Source: Promethearchaeota archaeon (lineage in GTDB: Archaea; Asgardarchaeota; Lokiarchaeia; Sigyniarchaeales; SOKP01). Taken from it: 64,000 nucleotides of DNA. Of the stretch, positions 27,895 through 37,765 are shown piece by piece (the stretch's first letter is position 1; every line of letters starts with the position of its first letter). Location: contig JAHPZE010000001.1 in the NCBI GenBank assembly GCA_019058365.1, forward strand, positions 1 through 64,000. Direction: 5' to 3'. The notes below the pieces were generated by a model. That model had not been told where the DNA came from. It saw nothing but the letters and a program-made list of their open reading frames with translations, and made no database searches. The position numbers were made by a program, and so were the translations under genes.

Positions 27895-29208
27895 GTGCAA
27901 GAAAATTCATTTTATATTGAAACTTATGGATGCACTTCTAACAAGGCAGATTCATATATTATCTCAAATGTTTTACGAAAATCGAACTATAATGAAACAA
28001 CATTGGAAAATGCCCAATTTATAATAATTAACACATGTGCAGTTAAAGAACAGACAGAAAATAAAGTAAAAGCACGTTTAGAAAAATTACATAGTCAATA
28101 TCATAGAAATCCTAAGAAGTATATTATAGTTGCGGGATGTTTGCCATATATAGCCCCTAATTATATTGGAATTATCAAGAAAATCATTCCTTCATTTGCT
28201 GCAGTAATTGGTTTAAATAATATAGTAGATCTTCCAGAAGTTTTTCAAGAAATTAAGGGTGGAAAGAAAAATATAATATTAAAATCGGGAAAATCGCTTG
28301 ATAAAGCTCATTATTATATAGATCACTATCCTGGGAAAATAACTGGAATAATTCCGATTTCAGAAGGATGTCTAGGGTCCTGCACTTATTGTTGTGTAAA
28401 AAATGCTAGAGGAAAATTGCATTGTTACGATCCTAAAAGTATTGTTCAAAATGTGATATATCAGTTAGACCAAGGGATAAAGCAAATATATTTAACTTCA
28501 CAAGACTGTAGTATATATCAATACAATGGAACTACTTTATCAGATTTAGTAGAGAGAATTGCAAATTTAGATTATGAATTTTTCCTAAGAATAGGTATGA
28601 TAAATCCTAAATTTTTAATTAATCAAACTAATCAATTAGTCTCAATCTTTAATCATAAAAAAGTTTATCAGTTTCTACACATTCCAATTCAATCTGGAAG
28701 TAGTGATATTCTAAAAAGAATGCAAAGAAAGTATTTAATATCTGATATTATTGATAAAATTGATCTAATAAGGGAAGAATTTAAGAATCTAACGATATCT
28801 ACTGATATTATATGTGGTTTTCCCGGGGAAACTGAATATGAATTCCATCGAACCATTAACTTTATAAAGTGGTTAAAACCTGAAATCCTAAATATTTCCA
28901 AATTTACTCCTCGCCCTGGAACTAAAGCAAAGCAAATGGAACAGTTAGATAGTAAAATAATAAAAGAAAGATCTACGAGATTATCAGGAATCTTCCGGAA
29001 TAGTTTATCTGATATGAATAAAAAGTGGAAAGATTGGAAAGGAGAAGTTTTGATTGTACATGAAGGTACCGAGATAAATCAAGCATTTGGAAGAAATTTT
29101 GCATATAAAAATGTATTTATAGAGAATTTTGATGGTGAATTTGGCAAAATCGTTAAGGTAAAAATAGAAAGAATTGATAGATTTAACTTATTTGGAAAAG
29201 TTATTTGA
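27895..29208 (+). CDS. mtaB: tRNA t6A37 methylthiotransferase (e-MtaB/CDKAL1-type radical SAM)
   Basis: ETYGCTSNKADS, INTCAVK, CLGSCTYC, HIPIQSGS, TDIICGFPGET, TRAM-like tail. Confidence 0.88.
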   Translation: MQENSFYIETYGCTSNKADSYIISNVLRKSNYNETTLENAQFIIINTCAVKEQTENKVKARLEKLHSQYHRNPKKYIIVAGCLPYIAPNYIGIIKKIIPSFAAVIGLNNIVDLPEVFQEIKGGKKNIILKSGKSLDKAHYYIDHYPGKITGIIPISEGCLGSCTYCCVKNARGKLHCYDPKSIVQNVIYQLDQGIKQIYLTSQDCSIYQYNGTTLSDLVERIANLDYEFFLRIGMINPKFLINQTNQLVSIFNHKKVYQFLHIPIQSGSSDILKRMQRKYLISDIIDKIDLIREEFKNLTISTDIICGFPGETEYEFHRTINFIKWLKPEILNISKFTPRPGTKAKQMEQLDSKIIKERSTRLSGIFRNSLSDMNKKWKDWKGEVLIVHEGTEINQAFGRNFAYKNVFIENFDGEFGKIVKVKIERIDRFNLFGKVI

Positions 29209-29324
29209 TTATAGTGTATAGAATTATAATTAGACTGAAAAAATGTGAATTAGCTTGATAATTGATTGATATAATTTCATATTTATTTTATTCAAAAAGA
29301 GAGAATATCGAAGAAGATAATTTT

Positions 29325-30494
29325 ATGACTAAAAAATTATATTGGGAAAATGCTTATGAAACCAAGTTTACTGCTCAAGTATTAGGGATTAAAGAAGAGG
29401 GGATTGTTCTTGATAAAACTCTATTTTATCCCGAAAGTGGAAATCAAGCGAGCGATCAGGGAGAATTAATAATTGGAGATCTCAAATTTAAAATTAATAA
29501 AGTGTCTAAAGAAGGAGAAAAAATATTGCACCATATTTCCTCTAATCTTAAAAATAAAATTAATATTGGCGATATTGTTGATGGAGAAATTGATTGGGAT
29601 TATCGTTATGGAATAATGAAAGCTCACACTTCTCAGCATATTTTTTCTGCAGTCTTTAAAAATAAATTTAATATTGATACTATTCGAGCCAATCTTGCTT
29701 TTGAAGAGGTTTTTCTTAGTATATCTCAAAAAATAGGTTATAACCAATTAAAAGAAATATTAATTGATGTTAACAAGATATGCTCCTCAAATAATTTAAA
29801 AGTTATCGGAAATATAGTTTCAGATAAAGAAGCAAGAAAGAGTTCTGAGAAAATAAGAAGCGCAATCCCAGATGAATCTAAAATACGATTAATAGAAATT
29901 AAAGGCTTAGATTTAGTGTGTTGTGGAGGAACTCATATTAAAAATACTACTGAAATAGGAAAGATATATATTTATGAATTTAAAAAAAGAAATGAGATTA
30001 GATATTTTGTTGGAAACAAAGCTTTATTGATGAGTTCAAAAGATAATGTAGATATTATAAAGCTAGCTAACAAATTAAATTCACCTTTAGAAAAGACCAG
30101 AGATCTCATTGAAAAGCGTTTGGAACTCCTTGAAAATATTCAAGAGCAACAGAAAGACTTATCAATCAAATTTTTAGAAACATTATCTAGATCACCTATT
30201 AAAATAATTGATAATATTCCACTCTTTTTTATCGATTTTAATATTGATATAAAGATTTTAAATAAATCATTAGAAATATTCCCTCCAAATTCACTAATTA
30301 TTGTAAAATTTGAAAGTAATAAAATAAGATTATTATCATTAAGTGAGATTATCGATTCTGGTAAACTTATAGAAAAATTAATTAGTAAATATGGTGGAAA
30401 AGGTGGAGGAAATCCTAAATCCTCGCAAGGTTTTATAGAAAATATACCAGAAGACTTATTATCTGAGATTGAATCACTTATTCTTATCGAATAA
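29325..30494 (+). CDS. alaX: Alanyl-tRNA editing protein AlaX-L (with DHHA1 domain)
   Basis: MTKKLYWENAY start, HTSQH, CCGGTH, GGKGGG. Confidence 0.85.
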   Translation: MTKKLYWENAYETKFTAQVLGIKEEGIVLDKTLFYPESGNQASDQGELIIGDLKFKINKVSKEGEKILHHISSNLKNKINIGDIVDGEIDWDYRYGIMKAHTSQHIFSAVFKNKFNIDTIRANLAFEEVFLSISQKIGYNQLKEILIDVNKICSSNNLKVIGNIVSDKEARKSSEKIRSAIPDESKIRLIEIKGLDLVCCGGTHIKNTTEIGKIYIYEFKKRNEIRYFVGNKALLMSSKDNVDIIKLANKLNSPLEKTRDLIEKRLELLENIQEQQKDLSIKFLETLSRSPIKIIDNIPLFFIDFNIDIKILNKSLEIFPPNSLIIVKFESNKIRLLSLSEIIDSGKLIEKLISKYGGKGGGNPKSSQGFIENIPEDLLSEIESLILIE

Positions 30495-30543
30495 AAAATT
30501 AATAAATGAAAAAGTAGTTTTTGATAAAAATTTATGAGTTTTT

Positions 30544-31434
30544 TTAAGGTTCCTTGAAACCATATTTGTCTAAAAACTTTGTTAATCTGGTTCGATGGAA
30601 TTTTAATCCAATATCATCGGGAGTTTCCCCAAAAACAAGAGCGAGTAATTCAGTCACATATAAAACTGGAATATCAAATGTTTTTCCCCCAATTTCTCCC
30701 GCTTTTTTCTGATTATTATCAAATTGTTGGAAACAAGCAGGGCAATTGACAATCATAGCTTCTGCTCCAGCATTCATAGCACTTGTTAACTTATTAGATA
30801 AGATTTGCATTGCAGGTTCTTCTTCTGTGTTGCCTGTTCCAGTACCACAGCAAAGCATTTCCTCTTCATAATCTACTGGAGTTGCTCCAGCTGCAGCTAC
30901 AATTTCTCTTAATTTAACAGGATTCATTGGATCATCTGTTTGAATCTTTTCTGATGGTCTGTTATAGTGACATCCAGTGTGGCAAGCGACCTTCAATCCA
31001 CTTAGTTCTTTTGTTATGTTCTCTTTTATTTTATCTAAATATTCGTGTAATACTTCAACGAAATGTTTCACATTAATTGTACCTTTAAACTCTTTCCCAA
31101 TTGTTTTTAATATTTTATTTATGTGTTCCTTTTCGTGGTCGTCATGCTTTAATTCCTCATTCACAAGTTTTAAGGTTTGAAAACATCCATTGCATAAAGA
31201 AATGATGCTTTTTCCTTCTGCTTCAGCAATGGTAAGATTTCTTGCACCCATTGCCATCCAACTTAGATGATCAGTACTGTTAAATCCCACTGGATCCGGA
31301 CAACATGCAAATGCAGCATCTGAAGTTTTTATTCCGAGTTTATCAAACACTTTTCGTGCAGATGCTTCAATAAAAGGAATTCTGTTACCTATGACACATC
31401 CTTGAAACATTTTGTAGTCTTCTGCTTTAGCCAT
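30544..31434 (-). CDS. hdrB: Heterodisulfide reductase subunit B
   Basis: FQGC, CCP, LCNGC, HTGCH..RP, CCG, NCPACFQQFD. Confidence 0.9.
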   Translation of the reverse strand: MAKAEDYKMFQGCVIGNRIPFIEASARKVFDKLGIKTSDAAFACCPDPVGFNSTDHLSWMAMGARNLTIAEAEGKSIISLCNGCFQTLKLVNEELKHDDHEKEHINKILKTIGKEFKGTINVKHFVEVLHEYLDKIKENITKELSGLKVACHTGCHYNRPSEKIQTDDPMNPVKLREIVAAAGATPVDYEEEMLCCGTGTGNTEEEPAMQILSNKLTSAMNAGAEAMIVNCPACFQQFDNNQKKAGEIGGKTFDIPVLYVTELLALVFGETPDDIGLKFHRTRLTKFLDKYGFKEP

Positions 31435-31596
31435 TATCTTTTCCTCTTTCTATTATCTTATATTAGATGACATATATTTTCATTTAATAATATTTAGATT
31501 TATTAATATTAAATTAAAAAATTTGTTAAATAACTCAAAAAGTACTATGTTATCATAAATTAAAAAAATATTATTGAAGTTATTAGAATTCTACTT

Positions 31597-32040
31597 TTAT
31601 GAGTATTTAGGTTTCTTCAATTTCAATCTAGCAATTATTGTCAAAATAATACCTATGAATCCATAGCTTCCATGGGCTATTTCTGTTATGAGTCCTACAA
31701 TATCTGCATAAATCGACCCTTCAATAATACTTGTAATGAAAAAAATTATTAGCCCAATTAAGCCCATACCAGCACCAAGAGCAATAATAATTTTTCCTAT
31801 TATATAGTGATTCATTACGACAATTAAAGCACCAATAATAACAACTATTCCTCCAACCATAGAAATATAACCTAAGATTTGTATAACTACAGATACGATT
31901 GTTGCTACTATTGGATCGACATCAGCAGCTATCAAACCAAATAATCTATCAAAAAATGTAAAACTCCTTACAGTAGAACTAATAATTAATAAAATTCCAC
32001 CAATTATACATACTAAAATCCAAATCCACTTTTTTTCCAT
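31597..32040 (-). CDS. Hypothetical 4-TM membrane protein (paralog of 33167..33790)
   Basis: IIGGILLIISS..GG..VIIGA shared with paralog. Confidence 0.7.
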   Translation of the reverse strand: MEKKWIWILVCIIGGILLIISSTVRSFTFFDRLFGLIAADVDPIVATIVSVVIQILGYISMVGGIVVIIGALIVVMNHYIIGKIIIALGAGMGLIGLIIFFITSIIEGSIYADIVGLITEIAHGSYGFIGIILTIIARLKLKKPKYS

Positions 32041-32216
32041 TATTTTAATCTCTTTACATATAATTTAATATTCAATAGGTTCAGTTTAGTCAATAGGAAT
32101 TTATAATTATTATTTTTTTAATTTAATTTAGTAATAAAAAATAGAATAACTTGAATATTTTTATTGAATATGATCAATATTCAATATTAATTATAGAATA
32201 ATCTATGAAGAAGTAT

Positions 32217-33050
32217 TTAAAGTTCAATTCTATCTGGATGAGTATAAATATTCATTCTTGAACCACGTACAAAACCTATTAGAGTAATCCCATAAGCAAA
32301 GGCTAATCTAATACCAGATTCAATAGCTGCGGAAAGAGAAGCAACAATAGGAATTTTCGCTTTTATGACTTTCAAAATTGAATCACCTGTCAATCGCCCT
32401 GTTGAAGTTAGAAACACATTTTCAAAATCATGCTCCTTTAATAACATTTCTCCAATAACTTTATCAATTGCGTTATGTCGACCTATATCTTCTTTCACAC
32501 TTAATAGATCTCCATTAATATCAAATATTGCTGCTCCATGGCAACCACCTGTTTCTCGATAAAGAGGTGTTTTAATTTGCATTTCTTTTATAGCAGAGAA
32601 TATAGTGCTAGCATTAATTCTCATATTATCTTTTGCATTAATTGCTGCTTTTATATTGGTTTTATCCAAACATTCCTTAATCACGTTTCGCCATGGAGAT
32701 GATATACCACATGTAGTATCAACAACACGACTTACGGGATTAATATCGAGTTTTTCAATATCGAATTTACTGTTTTCTCTAAGATTCACAAAAATAGAGT
32801 TTTCTAATTCATTCACATTAATTTCTTTAATATCTTTAATCGATTCGATTATTCCTATTGAAAATAAAAAACCAACAGATAATTCTTTTAAATCCTTGGC
32901 AAGACAAATAATATTTACTAATTGTTTCGAATTTACGTACAAATCAATAGGCGTTTCATAAAGAACAATATCTTCTACTTCTTCTTGTTTATCTTTCTTT
33001 ATTTTAAAGATTTTTACTTTTCTTTTAAACAATGTTAATCCTTTAAACAA
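32217..33050 (-). CDS. fdhD: Formate dehydrogenase accessory sulfurtransferase FdhD
   Basis: TTCG, TGGCHGAA, EDIGRHNAIDK, TGRL, LIGFVRG. Confidence 0.93.
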   Translation of the reverse strand: MFKGLTLFKRKVKIFKIKKDKQEEVEDIVLYETPIDLYVNSKQLVNIICLAKDLKELSVGFLFSIGIIESIKDIKEINVNELENSIFVNLRENSKFDIEKLDINPVSRVVDTTCGISSPWRNVIKECLDKTNIKAAINAKDNMRINASTIFSAIKEMQIKTPLYRETGGCHGAAIFDINGDLLSVKEDIGRHNAIDKVIGEMLLKEHDFENVFLTSTGRLTGDSILKVIKAKIPIVASLSAAIESGIRLAFAYGITLIGFVRGSRMNIYTHPDRIEL

Positions 33051-33166
33051 ATAGGTTTAAATTTTATTAACTTAAATAATATTTATTATTTTCCGTAAAA
33101 TCAGATAATAAAAATATATCTATTTAAAAAACCACTAAGTCCTATTTTAAATAAAGAAAAATTTTA

Positions 33167-33790
33167 TTATTTTTCAATGATATGTCCACATTCACTACAG
33201 AACTCCGCATTAAATGGTAAAGATATTCCACAATTTGGACAGTGTATATTTTGAAATGGTAAAGGTGTTGTTGATTCAATTTCTTCCTTTTCCTCGATTT
33301 CTTCTTCTATTTTTTTAGGTTTCTTAATGAAATTTCGTCCAATAATCGCAAGTGTAACCCCCCCAAATTGTAACCCCGTATTATACGTAAAAAAACCTTC
33401 AAGCCTCGCTAAATAACCTAAAATCTGAGGGTCAGTAATAAAATTTGTAGCATTTACTATTTGTGAAATTACCCAGATAATTAAAGCAAGTGTGCCAAAA
33501 GTAAGCCCAATGCTAACTAGCCACTTTCCAAATCGAAAACTACCCAGAGCTATAAAAATAGCACCTACTATCACTGCTCCTCCTCCTATGTTAGCAATCC
33601 ACCTTAAAATTTCAACTAAAAAATTAAAAACTTGTTTAATCCATTCTATGTTAATCTGACCATTAACATAATCTCGAAGAAATTCATAGATTCCAATGCT
33701 ACCTATGGCAGAACTAATGATCATTAATATTCCACCAATAATCAACAAAATTATTCCAATTCTATTTCTAATTACCTTATTGCTCATCAA
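33167..33790 (-). CDS. 4-TM membrane protein with C-terminal zinc ribbon
   Basis: Hydrophobic helices; CPNCG..FCSECG. Confidence 0.75.
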   Translation of the reverse strand: MMSNKVIRNRIGIILLIIGGILMIISSAIGSIGIYEFLRDYVNGQINIEWIKQVFNFLVEILRWIANIGGGAVIVGAIFIALGSFRFGKWLVSIGLTFGTLALIIWVISQIVNATNFITDPQILGYLARLEGFFTYNTGLQFGGVTLAIIGRNFIKKPKKIEEEIEEKEEIESTTPLPFQNIHCPNCGISLPFNAEFCSECGHIIEK

Positions 33791-33836
33791 TTTAACACTC
33801 TGTCTTATTTATAATACTAAAAGTAATTTGAGATAC

Positions 33837-34688
33837 TTAAGTTGCAACATATAATCTCCCATTGGAGCTGTTTGAAATCTTTCCTGTTTTTTTATCTATT
33901 TTAGAATGATTTTTTTCAACAGAATGGTCTCCGCTATATTCAATAAACTTTCCTTGAATTTTTTCTCCACTCATCAATTCAATTTCATTTACTTCACCAA
34001 TCTTCTTATAAGAGGGAAGAATTCTTGATATTTTTCCTTTCACTACAATTGTTCCACGTACTTGGTCTGCTCCAATACATCTATCACAATCACCCTCCAC
34101 AATAATTGTGCCTCCATGACTATGAATTCCTAAGAATGAGCCAGCACGACCACACATTAGTGTAGGAAACCGTTTAGCTGGTTTTGAGCCAGTTACCCAT
34201 GTTAATGCTTCGTTACCTATCTTTCCATGAATCTTAATCAATCCATTTTCCATTCCTTTCCAAAATCCTCTATATGCTGCACCAACGTAATGGCCAGCGT
34301 CACCTGTAATCTCTAATTCACCACCCTTTAACATAGCTCCTGCCCAATCATCAGCATTACCATTCACTAATATCTTTCCTCCTGACATATTATTTCCTAT
34401 ATGCATTCCAACATTACCATTGACCACTATTTCTCCTCCAGTCATTTTTTCTCCAATTCTTTTAACATTGGAGAGATCTCCATCAAGTAAAATCTTAGTA
34501 TCATTCACTTCTCCTCCAGTTCCAGTGACATTAAAAAAATCTCCAATTGTTTTTTCTTCATTTCCATAATACACAATTAATTTTTTAATTTCTGCTACTG
34601 ATTTCCCAGCAAATTTATCTGGTGTTATAGTTTCAACTTCTAATGGAAAATCAGGTTTTTTTTTTAGCTTTAATTTAACTTCCGCCAT
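33837..34688 (-). CDS. fwdC: Formylmethanofuran dehydrogenase subunit C
   Basis: PLEVETITPD, GxxMxGG beta-helix repeats, GAAYRG..GM. Confidence 0.92.
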   Translation of the reverse strand: MAEVKLKLKKKPDFPLEVETITPDKFAGKSVAEIKKLIVYYGNEEKTIGDFFNVTGTGGEVNDTKILLDGDLSNVKRIGEKMTGGEIVVNGNVGMHIGNNMSGGKILVNGNADDWAGAMLKGGELEITGDAGHYVGAAYRGFWKGMENGLIKIHGKIGNEALTWVTGSKPAKRFPTLMCGRAGSFLGIHSHGGTIIVEGDCDRCIGADQVRGTIVVKGKISRILPSYKKIGEVNEIELMSGEKIQGKFIEYSGDHSVEKNHSKIDKKTGKISNSSNGRLYVAT

Positions 34689-34692
34689 AAAT

Positions 34693-36021
34693 TTACTCCC
34701 CCTTTTTGCTTTTTACAGCTTTTACTAAACTTTCTAAAATTTCCTTATCTGTTAAACATTTACCAGGTGCTTCTTTAACCTTTCTTAGTCGTAATGGTAC
34801 GCTATCCATTCGATATGCTGTACCTTCACATTCTATTCCAGCAATTGCAGGTGGTAAAATTATATCTGAATTCACAGTTGTTGGAGTATGGTGAGGTTCT
34901 ATAGTAATTATTGGATGTTTAAACATATTCTTCACTGCTGCTGCGGGAAAATTGCTAGCGGGATCAGATGCAACAATTAGAGAGGCATCCACTTCATCCC
35001 TCATTAGAAGATCTACAGAGGAAAATTCTCCAGGATTATAACGAGGATATCCTTTAGAAAAGTCTATAGAGTAAGAATAGCCGGTTTGCCATGCAAAAAC
35101 TTGATTTGCCCCAGCGACATTATAATGTCCACGCATGGGAGTTAATAAAAATTTAGTATGATCATTTAATTCTCGAGTAAGACAAATTGCAGCATCAATG
35201 TTCCTATGATGTGCTAAAGTTTGGGTTAGTCCCATTCCGAAAAAGATAACACCAAAATTACATGATTTTAACGCATTGACTAATTCTATAATCTTATTTT
35301 TTGGAACTCCTGAAATCTCATCAGCATCTAATTCAACACCCCTTAATATTGCTCTAATTGCATTTAATAGTTCATAATCCTCATTAGGATTTATTTGAAT
35401 ATGCATATCAGCTAGTTGGGCAGTATTTGTATTTCTAGGATCAACAACTACTATAAATCTGTCATTTGTGCCGTCTTTTCTAAAGTAACCACGTATAAAG
35501 TCGCTATATCTTCCAAGATGCCGAGGATGCGCATGAACAGGATTACTACCCCAAAATACTACAAGATCTGCCCTATTTTTATATTCACCTAAGGTTGAAG
35601 TAGGAGCACCAACATCTTGAATTGCAAGTAATGAAGGTCCATGACATACTGAAGCAGTATTATCTAAAACCCCTCCTAACAACTCTGCTAATTCTACAGC
35701 TTGGCCTTGAGCTTCACACTCAGTACTTGAAAAGCCATAAAGTAAAGGTCTTTTAGCCTTCACTAAAATGTCAGCAGCCTTATCAATTGCCTTATTCCAA
35801 GATATTTCCTTATAGGCTCCATTATCCTTAATGAGGGGTTTATCATATCTATGTTCGCTTGGATTTGAAGAGAAGAACTTCCTTGTTCCTATCTGACATC
35901 CATTGCGTACTTCAATAACTTTTTGTTCTTTTGTATCAATATCTATCTCAAGGTCATCACATAAAGTTCCACAAAATGGGCAAATAACGTCTGTAACAGT
36001 TCGAATATTTTTATCAGCCAT
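34693..36021 (-). CDS. fwdB: Formylmethanofuran dehydrogenase subunit B (Cys form)
   Basis: CPFCGTLCDD, ASVCHGP, HAHPRH, MRGHYNV, EGTAYRMD. Confidence 0.95.
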   Translation of the reverse strand: MADKNIRTVTDVICPFCGTLCDDLEIDIDTKEQKVIEVRNGCQIGTRKFFSSNPSEHRYDKPLIKDNGAYKEISWNKAIDKAADILVKAKRPLLYGFSSTECEAQGQAVELAELLGGVLDNTASVCHGPSLLAIQDVGAPTSTLGEYKNRADLVVFWGSNPVHAHPRHLGRYSDFIRGYFRKDGTNDRFIVVVDPRNTNTAQLADMHIQINPNEDYELLNAIRAILRGVELDADEISGVPKNKIIELVNALKSCNFGVIFFGMGLTQTLAHHRNIDAAICLTRELNDHTKFLLTPMRGHYNVAGANQVFAWQTGYSYSIDFSKGYPRYNPGEFSSVDLLMRDEVDASLIVASDPASNFPAAAVKNMFKHPIITIEPHHTPTTVNSDIILPPAIAGIECEGTAYRMDSVPLRLRKVKEAPGKCLTDKEILESLVKAVKSKKGE

Positions 36022-36023
36022 AA

Positions 36024-36443
36024 TTATGCCTCCCTCAATAATTTAATTAAATTTACAGCACTTAAAACTTTACCACTTGGTATTGCTTCAACCCGTGCTT
36101 TCATTCCTTTATAGGTTGGAGTACCGCATGCTTGTGAATCGGGATTGACCACTTGATTAGCCCAAGGGCCCATTGGTATGAAAATAATTCCTGGATGGGG
36201 GCCTTCTTCGGAAATCGTTGAATAAACAACAACTTCTCCATGATCAGTAATTACTTTGACTGGAGTTCCGACTAAACAATCTAATTTTTTAAAATCTTCT
36301 TTATCAAACGCACAAATTCCCGCTGCTCTAACATTTTCTTTTGTATTTTTACCGCCTTCAAGTGCAACTCCTTGATTAATTGTCCGGCAAGTTATTAAAA
36401 TTAAATTATTAATACTCATATTATTATTCCTCCTCCTGTTCAC
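36024..36443 (-). CDS. fwdD: Formylmethanofuran dehydrogenase subunit D
   Basis: TCRTINQG, FIPMGPWAN, GTPTYKG; true start probably the MSINN ATG. Confidence 0.92.
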   Translation of the reverse strand: MNRRRNNNMSINNLILITCRTINQGVALEGGKNTKENVRAAGICAFDKEDFKKLDCLVGTPVKVITDHGEVVVYSTISEEGPHPGIIFIPMGPWANQVVNPDSQACGTPTYKGMKARVEAIPSGKVLSAVNLIKLLREA

Positions 36444-37167
36444 TCCACCTTAAAGTCTTTATTCTATCTAAGAGAGGCTCCCAAAATAGTTCACTAAATT
36501 CTCCGGAAGTTTTAATATCCGTTACTTTTAACTTGATAGCTCCTGTAGGACATGCATTATCACAAGAACCACAGAAAATGCATTTTTCTTTGTCTACAAC
36601 TACATTTGGTACAGTTTCCCAACCTTTATCTGATTTTTCTGGGACAGTTATAGCACTACTTGGGCATACATCTGCACAGGCTTCACAACCCCCAGCGCAT
36701 TCCTCATCAACAATGCTAACTTCACCATCAACGTATAATTTAGCAATTCTTTCAATTCCAGCATTATCCGTTATTTTTTTTGCTTCAAATTCAATTTTAG
36801 GAACCACGTTTTCTTTAACAATCTGAATATCATTTAATTCAATAATTTCTCCGTCTTTTTTGAGAGTAAGCGCACTAAATGGACACATTACTACACAAGT
36901 TCCACAAAAAACACATTTCTTAGGATCATATATCTCTGGGATAATATCTTCCATACTAGGGAAACGACGAGCTGCTGCAACTGGACCTCGCGAGATGGCT
37001 TCTTTTGGGCAAACTCTCGAACATGTTCCGCAGCCTACGCATTTTTTCCTGTCTAATATTAATTCTAAACTTTCCGTAAGAAACTGTACTTTTACGTGCT
37101 CAATTTCTTTACTAATTGATCTTGATATTTTAGGAAATGACATATTTTTTACCTCATTTGACTTCAA
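36424..37167 (-). CDS. fwdF: Polyferredoxin FwdF-like (4 Fe-S motifs)
   Basis: Four CxxCxxCxxxCP-type motifs; operon position. Confidence 0.78.
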   Translation of the reverse strand: MKSNEVKNMSFPKISRSISKEIEHVKVQFLTESLELILDRKKCVGCGTCSRVCPKEAISRGPVAAARRFPSMEDIIPEIYDPKKCVFCGTCVVMCPFSALTLKKDGEIIELNDIQIVKENVVPKIEFEAKKITDNAGIERIAKLYVDGEVSIVDEECAGGCEACADVCPSSAITVPEKSDKGWETVPNVVVDKEKCIFCGSCDNACPTGAIKLKVTDIKTSGEFSELFWEPLLDRIKTLRWSEQEEE

Positions 37168-37411
37168 CTAAATGTAAGTCAATCGCAGAAACGGGGCAAT
37201 ATTTCAAACAAACACCGCATCCATCACAGTTTATATCTCTCCCCTCAATATATATATCGTATGCACAACCATTCTTAACTAATACAACTGCATTTTCTTT
37301 AGTTAAATAGCCTTTCTCTTTCAATTGTTGAAAATTTAAAGGGCAACTTACAACACAGTCATTACATCCGATACATAAGTTCTTATTTATTTTTAAGCGG
37401 TAAATTTGCAT
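37154..37411 (-). CDS. fwdG: 2x[4Fe-4S] ferredoxin FwdG-like
   Basis: CIGCNDCVVSCPLN and CDGCGVCLKYCP; first gene of fwd operon. Confidence 0.75.
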   Translation of the reverse strand: MQIYRLKINKNLCIGCNDCVVSCPLNFQQLKEKGYLTKENAVVLVKNGCAYDIYIEGRDINCDGCGVCLKYCPVSAIDLHLVEVK

Positions 37412-37687
37412 TTTATTCCCTCACTGTTAAATGAAACGATTTTTGACGTTTACATCAGCGTAAAATATTTGTAGATGTTTAAACGTTTAATAATATCCTT
37501 CGATATTTTAACTTAACTTAAGTTGTAGAAAGTATATTTTTATAAAAAATTTCGTGTAAGAATACAAAAGTTCCGATAATAAAAAGCGATCTGAAAGAAA
37601 TTTATAATACAAATTCAATCTTTAGTTTCTATAGATATTTTTTAAAGAGACATTTATAATCTAAAAAAAAATTTAATTTTCACCTAG

Positions 37688-37723
37688 ACTTATTAATTTT
37701 CCCACGAAATTTATATTAGATAA
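37688..37723 (+). promoter_or_regulatory. BRE-TATA promoter duplicated with the vWA gene
   Basis: acttattaat..cacgaaatttatatta also at 38989..39024, similar distance from the ATG. Confidence 0.65.
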
Positions 37724-37765
37724 GGATAAAGTTTCAAAATTAATCTAATTTATATAGTTTAAATC

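Noticed and set aside
34693-36021. FwdB or HdrB as further selenoproteins
   Set aside because: Both frames are uninterrupted with Cys at catalytic positions
37479-37490. Perfect palindrome TTAAACGTTTAA upstream of the fwd operon
   Set aside because: Single AT-rich 12-mer; cannot be distinguished from chance without comparative data
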